From positions 23,878 to 87,877 of the forward strand of contig CAVUSJ010000010.1 in NCBI GenBank assembly GCA_963744105.1: a stretch of 64,000 nucleotides of DNA, read 5' to 3'. The DNA comes from an uncultured Solirubrobacterales bacterium (GTDB lineage: Bacteria > Actinomycetota > Thermoleophilia > Solirubrobacterales > 70-9). A program made the position numbers and the translations under genes. A model generated the notes under the pieces. That model had not been told where the DNA came from. It did not search any database and saw nothing but the letters and a program-made list of their open reading frames with translations. Below, piece by piece: positions 34,818 to 43,778 of this stretch (positions are counted from its first letter, which is position 1; every line of letters starts with the position of its first letter).

Positions 34818-37235
34818 ATGCGACTGATAGTCACCGAGAAGAACAACAGCGCGAAGAAGATCGCGGAGATCCTGAGCGGCGGAACCGCCAAGGAGGGCGC
34901 CTCCTACAAGACGCCCTACTACGAGTGGTCCGACGAAAACGGCGACGCCCAGATGACGATCGGCCTCAAGGGCCACGTCCTCAATCCCGCCTTCCCGGAG
35001 TCGTACAACAACTGGCAGCAGACGAATCCTCGCGATCTGATCGACGCCGACCTGATCAAGGAGCCCACCGACAAGAACGTCGTGCGGGCCCTGAAGAAGG
35101 TCGCCGCCGACGCCGACGACCTCGTGATCGCGACCGACTACGACCGCGAGGGCGAGCTGATCGGACTCGAGGCGCTGCAGGAGATCGTCGAGGCGAACCC
35201 CGAGCTGGCGACTGCCGAGGGCGTCCACGAGGACGGCACTCCGGTGAAGCGCGCCCGCTACTCGGCGCTCACCAAGGACGAGATCGAGCGCGCCTTCAAC
35301 GAACTCGATGAGCTCTCGATGCCGCTGGCCAACGCCGGCGCCGCCCGCCAGGACATGGACCTGATCTGGGGCGCGACCCTCACCCGCTCGGTCTCCATGG
35401 CCACCAGGCGCTTCGGCTCGAACTTCCTCTCCGTCGGCCGCGTGCAGAGCCCGACCCTCGGGCTGATCGTGCAGCGGGAGCTCGAGCGGCGCGCGCACGA
35501 GCCCGTCCCCTTCTGGGAGGTGACGGCGACCTTCGCGCACGCCGACGGCAACTTCGTCGCCGAGCACACGACGGACAAGTTCTGGGAGGAGAAGGAGGCC
35601 AAGGCCGCGGTCGCCAACTCGAAGACCCCGGGCACGGTCAAGGAGATCACGGCGCGGAAGAACACCCGCAAGCCGCCGACTCCCCTCAACACCACCGCCT
35701 TCACCACCGACGCCTCCAGCCGGCTCGGCATCACGCCCTCCCGGGCGATGCGGATCGCCGAGGACCTCTACATGGACGGCTACATCTCCTATCCACGCAC
35801 CGACAACACCGTCTACCCGACCTCGCTCGACACGAAGGAGCTGGTCAAGCAGCTGGTCGCGGTGGACGACTTCAAGGCCGCGGAGTTCCTGCTCGACGGG
35901 CGTGCGCTCGAGGCCACCCGGGGCAAGAAGGAGACCACCGACCATCCGCCGATCTATCCGACCCAGGCCGTCAACCCGGTGCGCCTCGAGGCGCGCTCGG
36001 AGGCCCATCGCAGGGTCTACGAGCTGGTCGCCCGCCGCTTCCTCGCGACCTTCTCGCCGCCGATGATCAGCGAGGGGACGCGCGCCAACATCGAGACCGC
36101 GAAGGGGAGCGACTCGGCCGAGTCGGGCGAGACCTACTTCGTCCGCGGCTCCGTCGTCGTGGATCCGGGCTTCGCGGCCATCTACACCTACGCCCGCTCC
36201 GCCGACACGGAGATCCCGAAGCTCGAGGAGGGGCAGGAGCTCACCATCGAGAGCGTCGACCTGGAGGGCAAGGAGACCCCGCCGCCGCCCCGGATCAGCC
36301 AGGGCAAGCTGATCGAGATGATGGAGGAGGCCGGGCTCGGCACGAAGGCGACGCGCGCGGACATCATCCAGAAGCTCTACGACCGCGGCTACGTCTTCAA
36401 CAACCCGCCGGAGCCCTCGGAGACCGGCATCGCGATGTCGAAGGCATTCGAGAACTACGTGCCGCGGATGGCGACGCCGGACATGACCGCCGAGATGGAG
36501 GCGGAGATGGACCAGATCGCCGCCGGCGAGATGACCAAGGACGAGGTCCTGAAGGACTCGCGCGACATGCTGCGCTCGGCCTTCGACGAGATGGGCGACG
36601 ACGTCAAGACCGAGGACGAGGACGCGAAGTGGCGCAAGTTCGCCCGCGAGGTCTGGGCCGGCATGGACCAGGACCGGATCCTCGGGCCCTGCATCGTCTG
36701 TGAGGAGGCCGGCCGCAAGCAGGAGGACGGCTCGCCCAACATGCTGCGGATCATCAAGGCGCGCAAGTCGGGCAAGCGCTTCGTCGGCTGCGCCGGCTGG
36801 GACGGCGACAACCCCGACTCGCCCGACTCCTGCGACCAGACCTTCCCGCTGCCGCAGAGGGTGCGCGGCCTCTACAAGATCGAGGAGGTCTGCTCGGTCT
36901 GCGGCCGCACGCCGCGGCTGCAGGTCGTGCCCTGGCGCGGCCGCCCGTGGAAGCTCTGCCTGAACGACGAGTGCCCCTCGATGGCCGAGATGAAGCGTCG
37001 CCGCGCGGAGCGCGAGGCCGCCAAGGCCGCGAAGGAGGCCGCCGAAGCCGCCGCAAAGGACGGCGAGGACGCGACGAAGGCCGAGGAGGCCGTCAAGGAG
37101 GCCGAGAAGATCGCGGGCCAGGCGTCCGCGACGAAGGTCAAGCGGGCGAAGAACGGCGCCAAGGCCAAGAACGACTCGCGCTCAGGCGCGAAGTCGGGCA
37201 ACGGCTCGAAGGCCAAGCCCCGCGCGAAGAGCTAG
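34818..37235 (+). CDS. topA: DNA topoisomerase I (type IA) with Zn-ribbon repeats and Lys/Ala-rich tail
   Basis: Toprim 'MRLIVTEKNNSAKKIA', 'ATDYDREGELIG'. Active-site 'ISYPRTDN'. C-terminal CxxC pairs and 'KAAKEAAEAAAK...AKAKNDSRSGAKSGNGSKAKPRAKS'. Confidence 0.9.
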   Translation: MRLIVTEKNNSAKKIAEILSGGTAKEGASYKTPYYEWSDENGDAQMTIGLKGHVLNPAFPESYNNWQQTNPRDLIDADLIKEPTDKNVVRALKKVAADADDLVIATDYDREGELIGLEALQEIVEANPELATAEGVHEDGTPVKRARYSALTKDEIERAFNELDELSMPLANAGAARQDMDLIWGATLTRSVSMATRRFGSNFLSVGRVQSPTLGLIVQRELERRAHEPVPFWEVTATFAHADGNFVAEHTTDKFWEEKEAKAAVANSKTPGTVKEITARKNTRKPPTPLNTTAFTTDASSRLGITPSRAMRIAEDLYMDGYISYPRTDNTVYPTSLDTKELVKQLVAVDDFKAAEFLLDGRALEATRGKKETTDHPPIYPTQAVNPVRLEARSEAHRRVYELVARRFLATFSPPMISEGTRANIETAKGSDSAESGETYFVRGSVVVDPGFAAIYTYARSADTEIPKLEEGQELTIESVDLEGKETPPPPRISQGKLIEMMEEAGLGTKATRADIIQKLYDRGYVFNNPPEPSETGIAMSKAFENYVPRMATPDMTAEMEAEMDQIAAGEMTKDEVLKDSRDMLRSAFDEMGDDVKTEDEDAKWRKFAREVWAGMDQDRILGPCIVCEEAGRKQEDGSPNMLRIIKARKSGKRFVGCAGWDGDNPDSPDSCDQTFPLPQRVRGLYKIEEVCSVCGRTPRLQVVPWRGRPWKLCLNDECPSMAEMKRRRAEREAAKAAKEAAEAAAKDGEDATKAEEAVKEAEKIAGQASATKVKRAKNGAKAKNDSRSGAKSGNGSKAKPRAKS

Positions 37236-37384
37236 CGGCGGCGGGCTGCTAACCGGCTGCCTGGATCGACCGGCCGCCGGTTGACGTGCAGGTGGCGATG
37301 ACCGTTCCGCTCGGGTTGGTCTTGCAGGTCCAGTCGCCGATCGTCGTGCCGCCGCCCTGGAGGGCCGGGGGTTAGCCTGGGGCG

Positions 37385-37981
37385 GTGTTCATCTCGCTCG
37401 AGGGGATCGACGGTTCCGGCAAGACCACGCAGGCCAAGCTGCTGGCGAAGGCGCTCGGCGACAAGGTCGTCCTGGTCAGGGAGCCGGGCGGGACCGAGAC
37501 CGGAGAGCGGATTCGCGGCCTGCTCAAGGACCCGTCGCTGGAGCTCGACCCGCTGGCCGAGCTCCTCCTCTTCTGCGCCGCTCGCGCGGAGCTGGTCGCC
37601 CAGGTCGTCGCGCCCGCGCGCGATGCCGGCCGCGACGTGGTCTGCGACCGTTTCAGCGATTCGAGCGTCGCCTACCAGGGCGTGGCCAGGGGGCTCGGCG
37701 CCGAGCGGGTCGAGGAGATCTGCGACCTGGCAACCGGCGGGGTCTGGCCCGACCTGACCATCCTGCTGCGCATGGATCCGGACCGCGCCGCGAAGCGGAT
37801 CGGCCGGCGGAAGGCGGATCGTTTCGAGGAGGAGGGGATCGAGCTCCAGCGGTCGGTCGCAGAGGGCTACGACGAGGTGGCGAGGCGCCATCCCGAGCGG
37901 GTCCGGGTCGTGGATGCGGACGGCAACCGCGATGCGGTGCACGCCGCCGTCCTCGCGGAAGTCCAAGGTGTCACCGCGTGA
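37385..37981 (+). CDS. tmk: thymidylate kinase
   Basis: 'FISLEGIDGSGKTTQ' P-loop, 'REPGGT', 'DRFSDSSVAYQG'. Confidence 0.9.
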   Translation: MFISLEGIDGSGKTTQAKLLAKALGDKVVLVREPGGTETGERIRGLLKDPSLELDPLAELLLFCAARAELVAQVVAPARDAGRDVVCDRFSDSSVAYQGVARGLGAERVEEICDLATGGVWPDLTILLRMDPDRAAKRIGRRKADRFEEEGIELQRSVAEGYDEVARRHPERVRVVDADGNRDAVHAAVLAEVQGVTA

Positions 37982-39120
37982 TGGAAGCCGCGCGGGCGAC
38001 GCCCCCGATCCCCGAGGCGCTGGCGGAGGCGACCAGGCACCAGCCGCGGGCGCGTGCGGCGCTGGTGGCAGCCCTCGCCTCGCCCGGCCATGCCTACATC
38101 TTCCGCGGGCCCCGCGGGGCCGGCAAGGCGGCGGCCGCCCGCGCCTTCGCGGCGGAGCTGCTGGCCGAGGGCGCCTCCGATCCCGGCGACGCCCGCCGCC
38201 GCGCGCTGCTCGATCCCTCGCCCCACCCGGACCTCGCCTGGCTGCGCCCGCCCGGCGCTCAGCACCTGGTCGAGGACGTCCGGGAGTCGGTGATCCGCGC
38301 CTCGAGTCTCAGCCCGGCCGAGGGCCGGCGCCGCGTCTTCGTGATCGAGGAGGCGGAGGACCTCCGCGACGAGAGCCAGAACGCGCTGCTCAAGACGCTC
38401 GAGGAGCCCGCGCCGTTCGCCCATCTGATCCTGATCTGCTCCGAGCCCGAGCAGCTCGCCGAGACGATCCTCTCGCGCTGCGCGCCGGTCGAGTTCGGTC
38501 CGCTCTCGCCGGACGCGGTGCTCGAGGCGCTGGGGGTCGGCGCCGAGGGGGAGGCGGCGGCTCGCCTGAGCGGCGGGGACGTCGAGCTCGCTCGCCTCCT
38601 GGTCAGCGAGCCGGGGAAGGCGCTCCGCGCGACAGCAGAGGCCGCCGCCCGCGCAGCGCGCTCGCCGCAGCCCCCGCCCGAGCCCTGGCGCGGGTTGCTC
38701 GACGCGGCGAGCCAGGCGGGAGAGGAGGCCGGCGCGGCTGAGGAGAAGCGCCTGTTGGAGGAGGCAGAGGCGATGGCCAAGCGCGGGCGCAAGAGCAAGC
38801 TCACCCGCGAGGCGACCGAGCAGGTGAGGCGGACCGAGAGGCGGGCCCGCACCCAGGCACTCGACCTCGGTCTCGCGATCTGCTGCGCCTGGTACCGGGA
38901 CCTGACCGCCGTCGCCTCCGGGGCCGACGAGGTGGTGCTGAACGCCGACCGCCGGGCGGAGCTGGCCGAGGACGCGGACGGGCTCGATCCGGCGCGGGCG
39001 CGGGAGGCGGTCGAGTGGGTGCTCGACACGCGCCGACGCCTGCGGGTGAACGTCTCGGAGGAGCTCGCCCTCGAGGCGCTCTGGCTCCGCCTCGCCGCGG
39101 CACTTTCACCACGAGTGTGA
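37978..39120 (+). CDS. holB: DNA polymerase III subunit delta'
   Basis: 'HAYIFRGPRGAGKAAAARAFA', 'ALLKTLEEP', 'ILSRCAPVEF'. Start overlaps the tmk stop. Conserved topA-tmk-holB order. Confidence 0.8.
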   Translation: MMEAARATPPIPEALAEATRHQPRARAALVAALASPGHAYIFRGPRGAGKAAAARAFAAELLAEGASDPGDARRRALLDPSPHPDLAWLRPPGAQHLVEDVRESVIRASSLSPAEGRRRVFVIEEAEDLRDESQNALLKTLEEPAPFAHLILICSEPEQLAETILSRCAPVEFGPLSPDAVLEALGVGAEGEAAARLSGGDVELARLLVSEPGKALRATAEAAARAARSPQPPPEPWRGLLDAASQAGEEAGAAEEKRLLEEAEAMAKRGRKSKLTREATEQVRRTERRARTQALDLGLAICCAWYRDLTAVASGADEVVLNADRRAELAEDADGLDPARAREAVEWVLDTRRRLRVNVSEELALEALWLRLAAALSPRV

Positions 39121-39144
39121 GCGACCGGTAACAATCTGCTGACC

Positions 39145-40877
39145 ATGGCTGCTGCCACCCCTAGGGGCACGAGGGGCGGGGAGAAGGGCCGCCGGATACC
39201 GATGCGACTCTGGCTCGGCGCCGCCTTCGCACTCGTCACGCTGATCACCGCCGCGTCGGTGTACGTCTTCGTGGACGACTCCTCGGGCCGGACCCTCCAA
39301 AGCCAGTCCGCCGACCTCGCCGTCGGGCGGACGGCGAGCCTGGCCGACGACCTCGGCAAGGTCGACAAGCTGCACGCCGCCGCACTGCTCGCCCAGGCCA
39401 ACACCGGGAACTTCGAAGCCTGGGCGATCAACCGCCACGGCAACGCGCTCGCGGCCGGCCAGGACCTGGCGGCGCTCGCCGTCGTGTCGCAGAAGGGCGA
39501 GGCGGTCCGCGTGGCCCTCGGCAACCGGCGCTACAAGGCGAGCCTGCCCGGCAACGTGACCGTGGCGGCCGCTCCGATCTTCGGGACGAGCAAGGTGAGG
39601 GGCGCGCTGGTGGTTCGCGCGGATCCGCCTCCCGCGCTGACCCGGGCCTTCGACCAGCTGCGTGGCGACCGGCTTCGGGCCCTGCTGATCGCGATCGCGA
39701 TCGGAGTCCTGGTCGGCTTCCTCGTCTCCTCCCTGATCGCGATCCGGGTGAGGCGGCTGGCGGACGCCGCCGAGGCGATGGCCGCCGGCAACTTCGACGT
39801 GTCGCTTCGCCCGGGCGGCAGCGACGAGATCGGTGACCTGACGCGGTCCCTGGACTCGATGCGCGCCGAGTTGCGCGAGACCTTCAACCTGCTCAACACC
39901 GAGCGCGACCGGCTCTCGGCGATCTTCGACGGTCTCATGGAAGCCGTGATCGTGGTCGGCGAGGACGGCGGGGTGCGCTTCGCCAACTCCGCCGCCGACC
40001 GTCTGGTCCGCGACGGTCAGCCCGCCGCCGCGTTGATCCCGTCGCTCCGGCGCGCGGCGGATCGCGGCTCGGCCGAGATCCCGGTCCTCTCCATCGACGG
40101 GCGCGTCTACGGGGTGCAGGCGCGCCGGGTCGCGGCGGAGCACGCGGTGCTGCTCGTCGTCCGCGACCGGACCGACGAGCTCAAGCGCGAAGAGGCCGAG
40201 CGCGAGTTCGTCTCGAACGCCGCGCACGAGCTGCGCAATCCGCTGGCGGGGATCTCCAGCGGGATCGAGGTGCTGCGGGGCGGGGCCAAGGACGATCCCG
40301 ATGCCCGCGATCGCTTCCTGGCCAGGGTGGCGGCGGACGCGGAGCGCATGACCCGCCTCACGCAGTCGCTCCTCACCCTCGCCCGGGTAGAGGCCGCGGG
40401 CGAGCGCGACGAGGCTCAGGTCGTCGACGTCTCCCTCGCGGCCGAGGAGGCCGCCGCGGCCGTCACGGCGCCCGACGGCGTCGAGCTCGGCACCGACATC
40501 GAGCCGGATCTCGTGGCGAAGGGCGATCCGGTGCTCCTGCGGCAGGTGATGATCGGCCTCCTCACCAACGCCTGTGCCCACACCCCTCCGCCCGGCACGG
40601 TTACCCTTCGCGCCTCACGGGGGGAGGAGAAGACCGTGACTATCGAAGTCCAGGACACCGGGAAGGGAATTCCGCCCGAAGAGCAGGACCGCGTCTTCGA
40701 GCGGTTCTATCGGGGCTCAGCCACCCACGAGACCGAGGGCTTCGGCCTCGGCCTCTCGATCGCGAAGCGGATGGTGGACGTCATGAACGGTGAGATCGGC
40801 CTCCGCTCGGTGCCCGGCGAGGGCAGCACCTTCTGGGTGCGCCTGCGCGCCGCCAAGCCGACCCCCACTCCGGTGGC

Positions 40878-40881
<4 letters not shown>
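39145..40881 (+). CDS. sensor histidine kinase (TM-HAMP-PAS-HisKA-HATPase)
   Basis: H-box 'FVSNAAHELRNPL', 'EVQDTGKGIPPEEQDRVFERFYRG', 'GFGLGLSIAKRMV'. The start may instead be Met-20 (39202). Confidence 0.85.
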
Positions 40882-41594
<713 letters not shown>

Positions 41595-41774
41595 CTAGAC
41601 GGTGAGGTGGTACCCGCCGCGGTACTGAGCGGGGCCGCCGACGATCTGGTTCGGGGGTGCGTAGACCTGGATCGCTGAGGGCGTGAGGCTGATGCCGGTG
41701 CCACCGGGGCGCTCCTGGGTGCTCGGCGTCGACGAGAGCCTGGCGTTCAGATTCTGAGTCGAGTTCGGTGGCAT
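41595..41774 (-). CDS. orphan small hypothetical protein (59 aa)
   Basis: ATG preceded by GGAG 7 nt upstream. Hand-counted GC3 is about 88%. 'MPPNSTQNLNARLSSTPSTQERPGGTGISLTPSAIQVYAPPNQIVGGPAQYRGGYHLTV'. No Cys, no TM, no family recognised. Confidence 0.45.
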   Translation of the reverse strand: MPPNSTQNLNARLSSTPSTQERPGGTGISLTPSAIQVYAPPNQIVGGPAQYRGGYHLTV

Positions 41775-41876
41775 TTCCAATCTCCTCTTCGCCGTCTTGC
41801 ATCGGCCACCTTCTTCGAATCCTTGAACCCCTGCCATGGGGCAAACCCCTCGACGTGCGTCGGTAATTGACCCGGA

Positions 41877-42293
41877 CTAGAGGTTGGCGAGCTTGCAGCC
41901 CACCGGCACCGAGCCGCTCGCCGGGCCGACGGGAGCGCCGGAGGTCCAGGTGTAGCGGAGCTTCGTGAAGAGGCGCTGGCCGTTGGAGCAGGTCCGCGGC
42001 TTTGTGAGCAGCAGCTGCATGGGCGCGTTCTTGGTTGTGCCGTGCACGCAGTCGGGGGTGCAGTCGTTGACCTGGCCGGTCCCGGTGCCGAGCGCGGACT
42101 TGCGCGTCCAGCTCGACCAGGTCATCTCCCGCGCGCCCAGGCTGGCGTCGCCGCAGGCGATGATCACGTTGATCGGCTTGAACTTCGCCTTCGCGCAGTT
42201 GCTGATCAGCAGCGGCCGTTTACCGCCCGCATCCGCCGTCGTGACGCCGACCGCGAGGATCGCCAGCAGCGCGAGAGTGAGCATCCTCTTCAC
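41877..42293 (-). CDS. secreted Cys-rich hypothetical protein
   Basis: Signal peptide 'MKRMLTLALLAILAVGVTTADA'. Seven Cys in the mature part. No family recognised. Confidence 0.6.
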   Translation of the reverse strand: MKRMLTLALLAILAVGVTTADAGGKRPLLISNCAKAKFKPINVIIACGDASLGAREMTWSSWTRKSALGTGTGQVNDCTPDCVHGTTKNAPMQLLLTKPRTCSNGQRLFTKLRYTWTSGAPVGPASGSVPVGCKLANL

Positions 42294-42314
42294 GGCGCAA
42301 ACCTTACCCGCGGG

Positions 42315-43082
42315 TCAGCGGCCCTTCCAGTCGGGGTCGCGCTTCTCGGCGAAGGCGGTGGCGCCCTCGATCGCGTCCTCGGAGCTGAACACCGGCGTGA
42401 CGATCTCGCCCTGCTTGGCCCAGAAGGTCTCGTCGTCCCAGGAGCCCTGCTGGTTGAGGATCGTCTTCGAGGCCGCGGTGGCGAGAGGGGCATTCGCCGC
42501 GACCTCCTCGGCGAGCTCGAGCGCGACGTCGAGCGCCTTGCCGGGATCCGCCAGGCGGTTGACGAGGCCGAGCTCCGCGCCGCGCTCCGCGGTGATCGTG
42601 TCGCCCGTGAGGGCGAGCTCCATCGCGATCGCCGCCGGCACGCGGCGCGGCAGCTGGCGAAGGGCGCCGCCCGCTGCGACCAGGCCGCGCTTCGCCTCAG
42701 GGATGCCCAGCTTCGCCCCCTTGGCCGCGACGATCAGGTCGCAGGCCAGGGCTATCTCGAGGCCGCCCGCGACGGCGAAGCCCTCGATGGCCGCGATCAG
42801 CGGCTTGGCGGCGGGCTTCTGCACGATGCCCGCGAAGCCACGGTCGCCCGCCCAGGGCCGCTCCCCGGTGGCGAACGCCTTCAGGTCCATCCCAGAGCTG
42901 AAGCCCTTGCCCTCGCCGGCGATCACACCGACGCTGAGCTCATCGGCCGCGTCGAGCTCGTCGAGCGCGGCCGCCATGCCTTCTGCCATGGCCAGGTTGA
43001 CGGCGTTGCGGGCGTCGGGCCGGTTCAGGGTGATCAGCAGGACCCGGTCGCGGCGCTCGGTGAGCAGCGGCTGATCGTTCAC
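42315..43082 (-). CDS. enoyl-CoA hydratase/isomerase (crotonase) family protein
   Basis: GTG 43082 ('VNDQPLLTERRDRVLLITLNRPDARNA'). 'GFSSGMDLK', 'AAIEGFAVAGGLEIALACDL'. The track ORF extension to 43145 is antisense to the tRNA. Confidence 0.85.
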   Translation of the reverse strand: MNDQPLLTERRDRVLLITLNRPDARNAVNLAMAEGMAAALDELDAADELSVGVIAGEGKGFSSGMDLKAFATGERPWAGDRGFAGIVQKPAAKPLIAAIEGFAVAGGLEIALACDLIVAAKGAKLGIPEAKRGLVAAGGALRQLPRRVPAAIAMELALTGDTITAERGAELGLVNRLADPGKALDVALELAEEVAANAPLATAASKTILNQQGSWDDETFWAKQGEIVTPVFSSEDAIEGATAFAEKRDPDWKGR

Positions 43083-43118
43083 GGGACGGGACCCTACAAT
43101 CGCGCGTGCGTTGAGCGC

Positions 43119-43191
43119 GCCCAGGTAGCTCAGTTGGTAGAGCACATCTCTCGTAAAGATGAGGTCGCCGGTTCGAGCCCGGCCCTGGGCT
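43119..43191 (+). tRNA. tRNA-Thr (anticodon CGU)
   Basis: Hand-folded cloverleaf. Acceptor GCCCAGG/CCTGGGC, D-arm GCTC-AGTTGGTA-GAGC, anticodon arm CATCT-CTCGTAA-AGATG, T-arm GCCGG-TTCGAGC-CCGGC, discriminator T. No encoded CCA. Confidence 0.9.
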
Positions 43192-43256
43192 TCACCTCTT
43201 GCTTTAGTGACGCCCCGGGCGCGGCGGCATTTGAAGCGGCACCGCCCGTCGTCGGT

Positions 43257-43682
43257 CTAAGCGGCGCGCCTTCCGAAGGTGCGCTCGCGGTGACAGTTGG
43301 CGCAAACGAGTTCGCAGTTCTCCAATTCGGCCAGGATCCGCTTCTTGGAGTGCGCCGCGCGCCGGGTGTCCGCCAAGACCAGCGTTTTTACGGCCCCAGG
43401 CAAGTGATCCCACTCCATGACGTAAGGCGGATAGGTCCGGCCGCAGTCCGCACAAGGCTTTCCCTCTTTCAATGAGTCAAGCCAGGCGACGTGCGTCTTA
43501 CGGTCGGCCCGAACCTTCGCCTGCCGCCTCGCCTTGTTGGCGCGGTACCAGGCAGCGTCGTACTCCTTCTGGCATGCACGGCAGTACGACTGGTGGCCAT
43601 TGCCACATCGGGCGAACTCGGAGATAGGAAGGTCTTGGCGGCATCGGCCACATCGCCGTGTTTCTTCGTCTGACCTGTCCAT
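43257..43682 (-). CDS. HNH endonuclease with N-terminal Cys4 zinc-finger-like region
   Basis: Only the last 141 codons of track ORF 43257..46091 are credible. 'CGRC...CGNGHQSYCRAC', then 'CADCG...MEWDHLPG...ELENCELVCANCH' (HNH core). Hand-counted GC3 is about 74% versus about 90% in neighbours. Confidence 0.75.
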   Translation of the reverse strand: MDRSDEETRRCGRCRQDLPISEFARCGNGHQSYCRACQKEYDAAWYRANKARRQAKVRADRKTHVAWLDSLKEGKPCADCGRTYPPYVMEWDHLPGAVKTLVLADTRRAAHSKKRILAELENCELVCANCHRERTFGRRAA

Positions 43683-43778
43683 GTCTCGGGCCTTCGCTTG
43701 TCTAAGAACCGAAGCTAGGCGGTTAGGCGGACGTTTGCCACATCCGGTTGTAGGGTGCTGTGAGAGGAGAGGCACGAT

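Noticed and set aside
37249-37392. Lanthipeptide or RiPP precursor interpretation of the Thr/Ser/Cys-rich 40-aa frame. The same idea was considered for the 59-aa ORF at 41595-41774.
   Set aside because: No RiPP maturation enzymes, transporters or immunity genes lie nearby, and the neighbours are housekeeping genes. These are kept only as small-ORF observations.
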